Translations under genes and position numbers: made by a program
Shown here: positions 1-9,583 of the stretch, piece after piece
How positions within the stretch are numbered: position 1 is the first letter of the stretch
Layout of the letters: the number at the start of each line of letters is the position of its first letter
The notes under the pieces: model-generated
Seen by the model: the letters and a program-made list of their open reading frames with translations, nothing else
What the model was told of the DNA's origin: nothing
The model's database searches: none
Assembly (NCBI GenBank): GCA_903845195.1
Contig: CAIMWO010000077.1
Location: 8,230-72,229, forward strand
Direction of reading: 5' to 3'
DNA length: 64,000 nucleotides
DNA from: an uncultured Phycisphaerales bacterium
Lineage (GTDB): Bacteria; Planctomycetota; Phycisphaerae; WQYP01

Positions 1-1068
1 CTGGCCGCCAATCTCAAGGATCCGGTCAATTTCTCCATCGGTCAGCCCGATTTCGACGTCCCTGAACGGCTCAAAGAAAAGGCCATCGAAGCCATTCACG
101 CCGGCAAAAATCGCTATACGCCCACCCAAGGCATTGCCGAGCTCATTGATCCCCTCCTGAAAAAGACCCTCGCCGATACCGCCTGGCCGGCTGAGGATAC
201 CTGCCTGCTCATCCTCTCCGGTACTTCCGCCGGCCTCGTGCTGGCCATGATGGCCACACTAAACCCCGGCGACGAAGTCCTCTTCCTCGACCCCTACTTC
301 GTCATGTACCACCACCTGCCCAAGCTTTGCGGCGCAGTGCCCGTCGCCGTGGATACCTATCCCGACTTCCGCCTCCATCCCGAACGCCTCGAAGCCGCCA
401 TCACTCCGCGCACCAAGCTCCTCATCCTCTGCTCCCCCAACAACCCGACCGGCATCACCCTCACCCAGGCCGAGCTGGATGCCGCTGCCGCCATCGCCAA
501 AAAACACAACCTCCTCGTCATTTCCGATGAAATCTACGATGCGTTCTGTTACCAACCTCATCTGTCCATCGCCAAGTCCCTCCCCGGCCAATGCTTGATG
601 CTCAAGGGTTACTCGAAAACCTACGGCATGACCGGTTGGCGCCTCGGCTACGTCGCTGGCCCCAAGGCCATCATCGATCAGATGACCAAACTCCAGCAGT
701 ACACATTTGTCTGCGCCCCCTCAATGGTGCAATACGCCGCCCTGGAAACCGTGCTCACGCACCATATCGACATGACCCCGTTCGTCCGCGCCTACCAGAA
801 AAAACGCGACCTCGTCGTCAACGGGCTCAAAGACAGCTTTGAAATCAACGCCCCCGGCGGCGCTTTCTACATCTTTCCCAAGGTCCCCGGCAACGGCAAA
901 ATCACCGCGACCACGTTCGCCCAACAAGCCATCGCCAACAACCTGCTAATCATCCCCGGGAATGTCTTCTCCTCGCGCGATACCCATTTCCGCATCAGCT
1001 ACGCCACTACCGACGACAAGCTTGCCCAAGGCATCGACATCCTCCGCAAACTCGCACGGGAAATCTGA
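1..1068 (+). CDS. Class I/II PLP-dependent aminotransferase (aspartate/aromatic aminotransferase family). 5' end lies outside the window.
   Basis: Frame 1 is open from nt 1 with no stop before the listed ORF at 238. Aminotransferase N-terminal motifs (FSIGQPDFDVP, NRYTPTQGI), the PLP-lysine context SKTYGMTGWRLGY, and NPTG are present. Confidence 0.85.
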   Translation: MAANLKDPVNFSIGQPDFDVPERLKEKAIEAIHAGKNRYTPTQGIAELIDPLLKKTLADTAWPAEDTCLLILSGTSAGLVLAMMATLNPGDEVLFLDPYFVMYHHLPKLCGAVPVAVDTYPDFRLHPERLEAAITPRTKLLILCSPNNPTGITLTQAELDAAAAIAKKHNLLVISDEIYDAFCYQPHLSIAKSLPGQCLMLKGYSKTYGMTGWRLGYVAGPKAIIDQMTKLQQYTFVCAPSMVQYAALETVLTHHIDMTPFVRAYQKKRDLVVNGLKDSFEINAPGGAFYIFPKVPGNGKITATTFAQQAIANNLLIIPGNVFSSRDTHFRISYATTDDKLAQGIDILRKLAREI

Positions 1069-1087
1069 TCGCCACCTCATTGCGACA

Positions 1088-1115
1088 TTGATCGTTGACC
1101 GTTGATCGTTGCACG
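1088..1115. repeat. Tandem direct repeat TTGATCGTTG(A/C) x2 in the pilT1 upstream region
   Basis: attgatcgttgac followed by cgttgatcgttgcac, read directly. Possible regulator binding sites. Confidence 0.3.
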
Positions 1116-1218
1116 ATTTTGGATTGATTTCATCGACCGCCGCCTTGTTCCATTTCCGCCCACAGACTAGAGTAACGACATCGCGCGTATCCGCGTCCTT
1201 TCTTTGCAAGGGCTACTC

Positions 1219-2820
1219 ATGGCCACTCAAGCACAGCAGCTCTTTCGAGCCATCGTGGTGCATAACAAGCTCATGAACGAGGCCGATCTCGACGCCCTCC
1301 TCGCCTCTTCTCCGGACCCCGAACAAGCCATCGGCGCCATGGTCGCACGCAAGATTATTTCCGCCGGCACGGGTTCCAAGCTCCTGGCGCTCTACAAGGG
1401 AAAACTCGACAAACTCGCCGCCCAACCCAAACCAGTGGAAACGCCCGCACCCGCCGCCGCGGCTCCCGCAGCCATTCCGCACCAGGCCGAACCCGAGGAT
1501 GACGAGCCGCATGAAGACACCGTTTTCGCACGTGCCGCGCGAGCCGCTGCAGCAGCACAGGCGCAACCCGCCGCCGAGAGCGAACCCGCTGAATCCTACG
1601 CCGATGCCGATGAAGAGGCCGCCCCCACCCTCACCCACGGGGGAATCCAGGAAACCATCTACAAACCCTCGGAAAATGCCATTCCCCTCGAAGGCTCCGA
1701 GGAAGCCGAGGTCGACGTCTTCGTCGACGGACGGCTGAACGTCAACCTCGCCGGCCGCCATCTCCTCCATGCCCTTCTCAAAATGGCCCGCGAAGCCGGC
1801 GCGTCCGACCTCCACATCAAGAGCGGCGCCAAACCCATCGTCCGCAAGGCTTCGGCACTCCATGACCTCGACGTCGATGTCATGACCCCCGCTGCGGTCG
1901 AGGCCACCCTCAAATCGTGCCTCACCGAAACTCAACGCCGAACCTACGAAAAAACCAATGACCTCGACTTCTGCTACGACGCCGGCCCCCTCGGCCGCTT
2001 CCGCACCAGCTACCTCCACCAACTCCGTGGCATGGACGGCATCTTCCGCATCATCCCCTCCCGCGTCCAAAGCTTCGAAGAACTCAGACTACCCGAGGCC
2101 ATCAAACGCTTCTGCGACTTCCGCCAAGGCATCATCCTCATCACCGGTCCCAAGGCCAGCGGAAAAACGACCACCATGGCTGCCTTCATCGATCTCATCA
2201 ACTCCACCCGCGCCGAACACATCATCACTGTCGAAGACCCCATCGAATTCGTCCATCCCTGCAAAAAAGCCCACGTCAATCAACGCGAAGTCGGCGCTCA
2301 CACCGAATCCTTCAGTAACGCCCTCCGCGCCGCTCTCCGCGAAGCCCCTGACGTCATCATGGTCGGCGAAATGCGCGACCTCGAAACCACCAGCCTCGCC
2401 ATCACTGCCGCTGAAACCGGACACCTCGTCTTCGCCACCCTCCACACCCCTGATGCCGTCCGCACCATCGGACGCGTCCTCGACGTCTTCCCTCCTGAAG
2501 AACAAAGCCAGATCCGCGCCATGTTCTCCGAATCGCTCCGCGGCATCGTCAGCCAGCTCCTCATCCCCAGCCCCGACGGCACCCACATGGAACTGGCTAC
2601 CGAAATCATGTTCAACACCCCCGCCATCGGAAACATCATCCGCGAAAACCGCACCTACCAGCTTCGTGCATCCATCCAGACCGGCAAAAAACTCGGCATG
2701 CTGCTCCTCGATGAAAGCCTCATCAACCTCGTCAAGGAAAAACGCATCTCCAAGGCCGAAGCCCTCACCCGCTCCGACAACCCAACCTGGGTCGAAAAAG
2801 AACTCACGGGCCTCACTTGA
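1219..2820 (+). CDS. PilT-family type IV pilus retraction ATPase paralog with a ~190-aa N-terminal extension: a GspE/MshE-N-like region plus an Ala/Pro/Glu-rich linker
   Basis: Walker A GPKASGKTTT; PilT core ITVEDPIEF...VGEMRDLET...ATLHT. The track ORF starts at a TTG (1204); the first in-frame ATG is at 1219. The N-terminus has two LGxxLVxxGxIT-like helical repeats (LFRAIVVHNKLMNEADLDALL; IGAMVARKIISAGTGSKLLALY). Confidence 0.8.
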   Translation: MATQAQQLFRAIVVHNKLMNEADLDALLASSPDPEQAIGAMVARKIISAGTGSKLLALYKGKLDKLAAQPKPVETPAPAAAAPAAIPHQAEPEDDEPHEDTVFARAARAAAAAQAQPAAESEPAESYADADEEAAPTLTHGGIQETIYKPSENAIPLEGSEEAEVDVFVDGRLNVNLAGRHLLHALLKMAREAGASDLHIKSGAKPIVRKASALHDLDVDVMTPAAVEATLKSCLTETQRRTYEKTNDLDFCYDAGPLGRFRTSYLHQLRGMDGIFRIIPSRVQSFEELRLPEAIKRFCDFRQGIILITGPKASGKTTTMAAFIDLINSTRAEHIITVEDPIEFVHPCKKAHVNQREVGAHTESFSNALRAALREAPDVIMVGEMRDLETTSLAITAAETGHLVFATLHTPDAVRTIGRVLDVFPPEEQSQIRAMFSESLRGIVSQLLIPSPDGTHMELATEIMFNTPAIGNIIRENRTYQLRASIQTGKKLGMLLLDESLINLVKEKRISKAEALTRSDNPTWVEKELTGLT

Positions 2821-2883
2821 TGGCAAAGCTTTCGTCCGTCGTAATGCGTCATCCCAAAAGGGTCCTCTTAATTCGGTAACGCC

Positions 2884-3954
2884 ATGGCCAAAATCGATCG
2901 TCTACTACTCCGCATGCCCGAAGCCAAGGCCTCCGACCTGCACATCGCCGTCGGACAGCGCCCCAAGTACCGCATCCACGGCGAAGTCATTGTCATCAAT
3001 GAACACGCCGTCATGGACAAGGCCATGAGCGAAGAATACCTCTTCGAAATCATGTCTTCCGACCAACGCCACAAATACCTCGAACACCTTGATCTGGACT
3101 TCTCCTATTCCATTCCCGGCAAAGGCCGCTACCGCTGCAATTACTTCACCCAGCGCAACGGCTACGGCGCCGTCTTCCGCCTCATCCCCAGCAAAATCTC
3201 CACCCTCGAGGAACTCAAACTCCCCGTCGTCCTCAAAAGCCTTTGTGAACTTCGCAGCGGCATGGTTCTCGTCACCGGCCCCACCGGCTCCGGCAAGTCC
3301 ACCACCCTCGCCGCCATGGTCAACTACATCAATCGCAACCAGCACCGCCATATCCTCACCATCGAAGACCCTGTCGAATTCGTCCACCAAAACGACAAGA
3401 GCGTCATTACTCACCGCGAGGTCGGTACTCACACCGAAAGCTTCACCTCTGCCCTCCGCGCCGCCACACGCCAGGATGCCGACGTTGTACTCGTCGGCGA
3501 CATGCGCGATATCGAAACCATCGGCCTGGCACTCTCTGCCGCCGCCATGGGCATGCTCGTCTACGGAACCCTCCACACCAATTCCGCCCCCAAAACCATC
3601 GACCGCGTCATCGACGCCTTCCCCTCCAAACAGCAGGCGCAGGTCCGCACCATGCTCGCCGAATCCCTCAAGGGCATCGTCGCCCAGCAACTCCTCCGTA
3701 TCAAGGGTCACAACGGCCGCGTCGCCGCCAACGAAATCCTCCTCGGATCATCCGCCGTCAGCAATATCATCCGCGAAGGCAAAATGGAGACCCTCATCAA
3801 CGTCATCCAAAGCGGCCGCAAAGACGGCATGGTCGCCATGGATGACGCCCTCGAAGCTCTCCTCAAGTCAGGCACAGTCGACGCCGAAGACGCCTACATG
3901 AAAGCCATCGAAAAGAAACGCTTCCAGCCCTACCTGGAAGAAGCAACGACATGA
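2884..3954 (+). CDS. pilT: Twitching motility ATPase PilT (canonical length)
   Basis: GPTGSGKSTT, ILTIEDPVEF, VGDMRDIET, GTLHT motifs; 356 aa; immediately downstream of the PilT paralog. Confidence 0.9.
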   Translation: MAKIDRLLLRMPEAKASDLHIAVGQRPKYRIHGEVIVINEHAVMDKAMSEEYLFEIMSSDQRHKYLEHLDLDFSYSIPGKGRYRCNYFTQRNGYGAVFRLIPSKISTLEELKLPVVLKSLCELRSGMVLVTGPTGSGKSTTLAAMVNYINRNQHRHILTIEDPVEFVHQNDKSVITHREVGTHTESFTSALRAATRQDADVVLVGDMRDIETIGLALSAAAMGMLVYGTLHTNSAPKTIDRVIDAFPSKQQAQVRTMLAESLKGIVAQQLLRIKGHNGRVAANEILLGSSAVSNIIREGKMETLINVIQSGRKDGMVAMDDALEALLKSGTVDAEDAYMKAIEKKRFQPYLEEATT

Positions 3955-3973
3955 GTGGCGCCGCCCTACCCCG

Positions 3974-5512
3974 TCACACAATCTTCTCCATCCACTTCCC
4001 CCGCGCAAACACGATCCCCGTAAACACCGCCCGGTAATTCAGATCCACAAAAATCGCGATCCACACTGCCACCAATCCCCACGCCGCATGACCAAGATGC
4101 GCAAACAACGCCGCCGTCGACAACACCAGCACCAGCCGTATCACCATCCCGCTGATCGTCGACATCATCGGCGCCACCGTTTCCCCCGCACCACGCAACG
4201 CCGATGACATCGCGATCGCAATCGCAAACCCCGGCTGTGCCAGACCCGCAAGCACCAGCGGCCACAATCCCGTCGCCACCACCGCGTCCGAATCCACCAT
4301 CAATCGCAACATCACCCACGGCACGAAAACCATCGGTAGCGCCGCCACCGTCATCGTGGTCACCGCCAGCCGCCGACACAACAACGCCGCATGCCGCGCC
4401 TCCCCCGGCTTCTTCGCCCCCAGATACTGCCCGACCAGTGCTGAACAGGCCATGCCAAATCCAAACCCCGGCAAAAATGCCAGTGACTCCACACGCAGCA
4501 CCGCGTTATGCGCCGCCATCGTTACTCCGTCCACACCCCGCGCTTTATCCGTCGGATTGATCACCAGCACCACGATCAACGCCTGCCCGCCCCACAGCAG
4601 CATCCCTTCCAGCCACGACGGCATCCCGATCCGCAGCACTCGCACCAGCACGTGCGGCACCAGCCGGAAATGCCGCCGCCGCAGACGCAACCCCGCACTC
4701 CCCGAGATCAATAGCGCCACCGTCGCCAACCCTGCGAGCGCAAACGCCAGCAACGTCCCGATCGCATTACCCCTCACCCCCATCGCCGGCAACCCAAACC
4801 ATCCGAATGCCAGCGCCGGCGACGCCAACCCGTTCACCACCGTGATCGCCGCCGTCACCAACATCGGCCGCATCGTGTCGCCCGCGCCGCGCAAACACGC
4901 CATCCCGATCTGCCCCAGCGTTTGGAAACAAATCGTCACACTCATGATCCGCAGATACTGTGCGCCATACACCGACGCCTGCTCCCGCAACCCAAACCCG
5001 TACACCACCTGCTCGGCAAACACATAGAAAATGGCCGCCACCACCAGTCCCACCAGAAACGACGCCGTGCACACCGTTCCCGCCACCCGCGTCGCTACCC
5101 GCGGCCGATGCGCTCCGATCGACCGCGCAATAATCGCCGTCGCACCCACTCCCAGCGCCGCCGTCATCAATCCCGCAAACCACTGCAGATACGTCATCGT
5201 CCCCACCGCCGCTGCAGCCGCCGCGCGCAACTCCTCCGTCGCGCCCGTATGACCCGCCACCACCGTATCCGTAATCCCAATCCCCGCCGACAGCATCTGA
5301 TCCACCAGCGTCGGCATCGCCAGCGCCAGGATCAACTTCACGCTCGGCGACCGATCCGCCCACGTCTTCCCCCGCCGCGCATAATCCAGTACCCGCCCCG
5401 CCTGCGCCACCGCCTCCCCATCCAACGTCGGCTCCAACCCCGCACCCTCCGCCGCCACCTCCTGCGGCACACTCCCCACCCCATCCTTCCTTGGCGGTAA
5501 CGACGAAGACAA
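3974..5512 (-). CDS. MATE family multidrug/sodium efflux transporter (NorM-like). Start codon uncertain: the track start is a TTG and the true start may be internal.
   Basis: 12-TM hydrophobic profile; MATE-typical N-terminus LILALAMPTLVDQML...DTVVAGH with a second repeat half; length 512 aa. Confidence 0.75.
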   Translation of the reverse strand: MSSSLPPRKDGVGSVPQEVAAEGAGLEPTLDGEAVAQAGRVLDYARRGKTWADRSPSVKLILALAMPTLVDQMLSAGIGITDTVVAGHTGATEELRAAAAAAVGTMTYLQWFAGLMTAALGVGATAIIARSIGAHRPRVATRVAGTVCTASFLVGLVVAAIFYVFAEQVVYGFGLREQASVYGAQYLRIMSVTICFQTLGQIGMACLRGAGDTMRPMLVTAAITVVNGLASPALAFGWFGLPAMGVRGNAIGTLLAFALAGLATVALLISGSAGLRLRRRHFRLVPHVLVRVLRIGMPSWLEGMLLWGGQALIVVLVINPTDKARGVDGVTMAAHNAVLRVESLAFLPGFGFGMACSALVGQYLGAKKPGEARHAALLCRRLAVTTMTVAALPMVFVPWVMLRLMVDSDAVVATGLWPLVLAGLAQPGFAIAIAMSSALRGAGETVAPMMSTISGMVIRLVLVLSTAALFAHLGHAAWGLVAVWIAIFVDLNYRAVFTGIVFARGKWMEKIV

Positions 5513-5656
5513 GACTCACTTCCTCTTCCAGAAAACGTGGTGCGGGCATCTTGCCCGCAGTCCCGCGGGCGTCCCGCCCGCGCCCGCGTTCAATAGTGCA
5601 ACGACCGGCCCCACATAATACTCCAAATTCCCCCCAACGCCCGCTACAATGCCCCC

Positions 5657-7033
5657 ATGAAACCCCACCGCCTGCTCTTCTCCATCCTCCTCCTCACCTT
5701 CTGGATCACTGCCACCTGGCTCTACGCCACCAGTTGGCTCTGGCCCCAATGCTTCGCCGCCTGGAAACTCGACAACTCCTACATGCTCGCCACGCACCAC
5801 GGCAGTCTCGTCTGCCTGTTTGAATTCGATACTCAAGACGATTCACCTTCGCCCCTCATGTGGACCTTCCGCCACTTCTCCGGCAATGGCATTCCCAAGC
5901 TCCTGCCATCCACGGGATGGGTTCTCATCGTATACCCCGGTGATCCGGACCCGATCAGTGCTAAACGACGGCAGCTCGATCCGCTCTTTTCACCGTGCCC
6001 CTCCGAAATTCGATTTGACTTTCTCGGGCTCCGCATCGACACAGCCAAAATGCTGGATGGCCTATTCACTCCCAGTTCTCCACCCTCTTCAACGGCCCCG
6101 TGGATCAGATTCCAGTTTATGCGCGTCATCGTTCCCCTATGGCTCCTCTGGATTCCTCTCTCCCTCCTGACTTTTTTCGTCACTCGGGCGACGGCCAGAC
6201 GCCTCCGCCGGCAAAGGCTCGGCCTCTGCATGAACTGCGGCTATGACCTGCGTGCCTCGACCGATCGCTGCCCCGAATGCGGCGAGCCTGTCCTTATCAA
6301 GAACCTCTCCACCGCCCCGCTTCGCAATATCCCCAGCCAAATTTTCACCGGCTGCAAGTCACATCTCCTGCTGACGGGTACTTCTATCTGCCTGCTCGCC
6401 ATCATCATCGCGTTTTGCTGGTTCACGGCCCCACCGCGTATCCTCTATGTTCACTCCGCCGAACGTGCCCCAACGCATCCAAGACTTAGCGAAGTGCTCA
6501 AAGGCGTCGAGGCGGACCATCAATCCTTGGAGAAAGTCCTTAACTTCCTTTCGGATAAAACTGGCGTCAACATCATCACCGACTGGCCAAGCCTTGAATC
6601 TGTCGGGATTGACCGAAATATTCCAATCAGTCTCCACCTGACGAGTGTTTCCCTGAATTCAGTCCTGAAAGAAATCCGGCATTATGAACCCTCAATAGAC
6701 TTCTTCGTCGATGATGCAGGAATCGTTCATATCGGCACAAGGGAGCAGATCGCCAGCGAATCCAGTGTGACTCGCGTCTATGACGTTCGCGATTTCTATG
6801 AACTAAGAAATCACAATCCGCTCCTTCCGCGTTCCGGTCATTGGAATGATCACTTCTCCCGCATCATCACTGAAACCGTTGCACCTGAATCATGGCGAGT
6901 CAACGGTGGCCCATGCTCTATTCAAGAGCATGGCTGCACACTCATCATCACCGCCCCCCGCGAAAACCAGGAAAAAATCGCCGACTTCCTCGACCAACTC
7001 CGCCGCCACATCAACCCCTCATCCACGCCCTGA
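5657..7033 (+). CDS. Hypothetical membrane protein with an internal zinc-ribbon (CMNCGYDL...CPECGE) between TM helices and a C-terminal soluble domain
   Basis: ATG at 5657. N-terminal TM helix; a CxxC...CxxC ribbon; a second TM; the C-terminal ~200 aa resembles secretin/TonB-N (STN)-type periplasmic domains (LEKVLNFLSDKTGVNIITD...). This last point is only a weak resemblance. Confidence 0.45.
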   Translation: MKPHRLLFSILLLTFWITATWLYATSWLWPQCFAAWKLDNSYMLATHHGSLVCLFEFDTQDDSPSPLMWTFRHFSGNGIPKLLPSTGWVLIVYPGDPDPISAKRRQLDPLFSPCPSEIRFDFLGLRIDTAKMLDGLFTPSSPPSSTAPWIRFQFMRVIVPLWLLWIPLSLLTFFVTRATARRLRRQRLGLCMNCGYDLRASTDRCPECGEPVLIKNLSTAPLRNIPSQIFTGCKSHLLLTGTSICLLAIIIAFCWFTAPPRILYVHSAERAPTHPRLSEVLKGVEADHQSLEKVLNFLSDKTGVNIITDWPSLESVGIDRNIPISLHLTSVSLNSVLKEIRHYEPSIDFFVDDAGIVHIGTREQIASESSVTRVYDVRDFYELRNHNPLLPRSGHWNDHFSRIITETVAPESWRVNGGPCSIQEHGCTLIITAPRENQEKIADFLDQLRRHINPSSTP

Positions 7034-8098
7034 CCTCCACAACGGCCGCAAATAATACCCCCACAATGCCACCACCTCCCGCGCCATATACCGCGGCAGC
7101 ATCATCAGCGGATACGTCTCCTCCGCCGGCACCGTGAACACCACCATCTTCCCCGCCCGCTCATAAGTCATTTTCACCCGCGGCAAATGATAAAAGTGAC
7201 TCACCGCCAGCACCCGTTGCGCCCCCATCTTCTCCAGCATCGGCACCGTATTTTTCACCGTCGCATCCGTGTTCAGCCCCTCCTTGTCCATCAAAATCGC
7301 ATCCCCCGGCACGCCCAACTCCATCGCCATCCGCCGCATCGCCTCCGTCTCATGCACCGCCCCGTCTCCCGGCCCGCCCGACATGATCATCACCCGCGCC
7401 AGTCCCGCGTTATACAACCCGCACGCCGTCCGCACCCGATCCGCCAGCGCCTGCGACGGTCGCCCATCCGCATACGTCCGCGCCCCGAACACCACGATGG
7501 CATCCGCCGGCCTCCGGTAATCCGTCTTTCCATAGCAATACATCTGCGCCACCGGAAAGCCCACCATGCACACGGCAAAACTCAGCATCGCAACAAACCG
7601 GCCCCCACCTCCCAGCCGTCGCGCCTCCTTCTGAGCACTCGCCGCGAGCAATACCGCCAGCGCCGCGCAAATCACCGCCGACAGCGGCACCACCACCCCC
7701 GGCCGAATCTCTCCCCGCCACACCAACACCCAAAATACCACCGCATTGAAAAACGTTGCCCCAACCAGCCCCCAGAGCACCATCCGCGTCACGACCCGCT
7801 CTGCGGCGGTCCGCAGCGGCCGCACCGCAAACATCACCAGCACCACCCCCGCCACAGCCAGCACTCCATCCGCCAACCCCGCCGGCAGCACGCGCAAATC
7901 GATCCACCACTCATTGGCATCAAAGCCCGACGCCCTCAACTCCCCCACCAGATTGAGCAACGTAAATCCCCCCAAAAACATCGCCATCCCCCGCACCATC
8001 CCGAAGAACCAACTCCCCCACTTCACCGCACAACTCTTATCACGGTCATCCATCGCCAACCTCGCCCCGTCGCAAACCATCATCACCCTATCGACCAC
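7019..8098 (-). CDS. DUF218 (YdcF/ElyC/SanA-like) domain membrane protein
   Basis: C-terminal DUF218 signature (ADAIVVFGA...MIMSGGPGDGAVHETEAMRR...GVP...ILMDKEG.NT) preceded by several TM helices. The track start is a GTG; an in-frame ATG lies 15 nt downstream. Confidence 0.7.
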   Translation of the reverse strand: MVDRVMMVCDGARLAMDDRDKSCAVKWGSWFFGMVRGMAMFLGGFTLLNLVGELRASGFDANEWWIDLRVLPAGLADGVLAVAGVVLVMFAVRPLRTAAERVVTRMVLWGLVGATFFNAVVFWVLVWRGEIRPGVVVPLSAVICAALAVLLAASAQKEARRLGGGGRFVAMLSFAVCMVGFPVAQMYCYGKTDYRRPADAIVVFGARTYADGRPSQALADRVRTACGLYNAGLARVMIMSGGPGDGAVHETEAMRRMAMELGVPGDAILMDKEGLNTDATVKNTVPMLEKMGAQRVLAVSHFYHLPRVKMTYERAGKMVVFTVPAEETYPLMMLPRYMAREVVALWGYYLRPLWRSGRG

Positions 8099-8104
8099 CG
8101 CCCC

Positions 8105-8139
8105 GTTTTATGTCTTATGTTTTATGTTTCATGTTTCTT
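8105..8139. repeat. Heptanucleotide tandem array (GTTTTAT-like) x5 in a divergent promoter region
   Basis: gttttat gtcttat gttttat gtttcat gtttctt read directly, between the starts of the divergent genes at 8098(-) and 8227(+). Confidence 0.8.
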
Positions 8140-8226
8140 CCCACCCGCAACTGACCACTGACCTCTACCCTTGAATCCCCCGCGCCCATCTCCGACAATA
8201 CCCCGACCTTGCAGGAGACCAGACCA

Positions 8227-9318
8227 GTGAATTCCCCACGCTTCCTCCCACCTCGTCTGATCCCCCTCCTCGCGCTCGTCCTCCTCGCCGCCGCCTGTTT
8301 CCCCATCACTGCCTCCTCCGCCGACTCCGCCAAATCTCCTCCCAAATCCCCCGCTCCCATCGCCGCCTCTCGGTCCGACCAGGTCCGCGGCTTCTGCATC
8401 CAACTCTCCGACCCCAACGGCACCGATCGCTATCTCAAAGCCATCGACGAACTCGCCGAAATGGGCTGCACCTGGATCAACTTCGTCATCGCCGCCCGCC
8501 AGCACGATGTGAAATCCGAATCCATCGCCATCATCTGGCAAAACATCCCCAGCCTCCGCGAACTCGAACGCATCCTCAAACACGCCAAGGCCAAAGGCAT
8601 CGACACCATGCTCATGCCCATCGTCCTCCTCGACAAGGCCGGTCCCAAAGAATGGCGCGGCGTCATCGCTCCTGCCGATTGGCATACCTGGTTCGACTCC
8701 TACAATACCTACATCACCTACATGGCCGCACTCGCCAAACGCTGCGATGTCGACATCTTCTGCGTCGGTTCTGAGCTTCTCTCCACCGAACCGTTCCGCG
8801 AACGATGGATCGAAACCATCGCCGGCATCAAAGCTGTCTATCCCGGAAAACTCACCTACTCCGCCAACTGGGATCACTACAACACCGACCAGGGCGGCCC
8901 CACTTTCTGGGACCAGCTCGATTACATCTCCATGAACTGCTACCACGAGCTCGCCAAAAAACCCGGCGCCACCGTCCCCCAGCTCAACAAGGCCTGGCAC
9001 CCCATCAAGGACAAACTCCTCGCCTTCGTCGAAAAACAAAAGAAGCCCTTCTTCTTCTCTGAGGTCGGCTGGCATAACCTCCACAACACCATCTCCGAAC
9101 CTTGGAACTACGTCGCCACCGGCGACATCGACAGCGCCGAACAACTCCACGCCTATCAAAGCTTCGTCGAAACCTGGGGCACTGTTCCCGCCAACAAATG
9201 CCTCGGCGCTTTCATCTGGGAATGGAAGCCCGGCACCAAGCCCGACGATCACGGCGCCTACTCTCTCCAAGGCGCCCCCGCACTCGAAGTCGTCCAAAAA
9301 TGGCTGCAAAATAAGTGA
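8227..9318 (+). CDS. Secreted (lipoprotein-like signal) TIM-barrel glycoside hydrolase, GH113/GH5-like, putative beta-mannanase-type
   Basis: GTG start at 8227 with AGGAGA 9 nt upstream. Signal peptide with LLAAAC lipobox. FSEVGW catalytic-glutamate-type motif; NCYHE; overall (beta/alpha)8 hydrolase-like spacing. Family assignment is tentative. Confidence 0.55.
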   Translation: MNSPRFLPPRLIPLLALVLLAAACFPITASSADSAKSPPKSPAPIAASRSDQVRGFCIQLSDPNGTDRYLKAIDELAEMGCTWINFVIAARQHDVKSESIAIIWQNIPSLRELERILKHAKAKGIDTMLMPIVLLDKAGPKEWRGVIAPADWHTWFDSYNTYITYMAALAKRCDVDIFCVGSELLSTEPFRERWIETIAGIKAVYPGKLTYSANWDHYNTDQGGPTFWDQLDYISMNCYHELAKKPGATVPQLNKAWHPIKDKLLAFVEKQKKPFFFSEVGWHNLHNTISEPWNYVATGDIDSAEQLHAYQSFVETWGTVPANKCLGAFIWEWKPGTKPDDHGAYSLQGAPALEVVQKWLQNK

Positions 9319-9356
9319 CGATGTTTTGAGGCAGTCACTCCGACACCTCGTCAGTG

Positions 9357-9390
9357 TTTCTTCTTTCTTCCTGTTTTTGCGTCTTTCTTC
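9357..9390. repeat. TTTCTTC heptamer repeats (2 tandem copies plus 1 nearby)
   Basis: tttcttctttcttc ... tttcttc, directly after the stop of the glycoside hydrolase gene. Confidence 0.6.
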
Positions 9391-9410
9391 TCAAAAATAC
9401 GCCCCTTCCC

Positions 9411-9438
9411 TTGACATTCACGCATTACACGTTAATAT
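9411..9438 (+). promoter_or_regulatory. Sigma70-like promoter candidate (TTGACA-16 nt-TAATAT) ~145 nt upstream of tmRNA
   Basis: ttgaca at 9411-9416, a 16-nt spacer, taatat at 9433-9438. Confidence 0.35.
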
Positions 9439-9583
9439 CCATACATCAGACGAAGGAACGGCGGGGCTGGCGGATAGAATCCTCCGACAAGAAGACAAAG
9501 CCGAAACGTGCCAACTAACCTTACTCTTCCGTCTACGCAAATTCGCAGATAATCTGCAATGTTGCTTTGCTCTTTGACAATTT

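Noticed and set aside
1213-2070. 285-aa minus-strand ORF within the first PilT-like gene
   Set aside because: It is antisense to the PilT paralog, with a Gly/Glu/Ala-rich artefact translation.
9326-9577. 83-aa ORF immediately upstream of tmRNA
   Set aside because: It overlaps the putative tmRNA promoter and leader. It has Phe/Leu-rich odd composition and no RBS.
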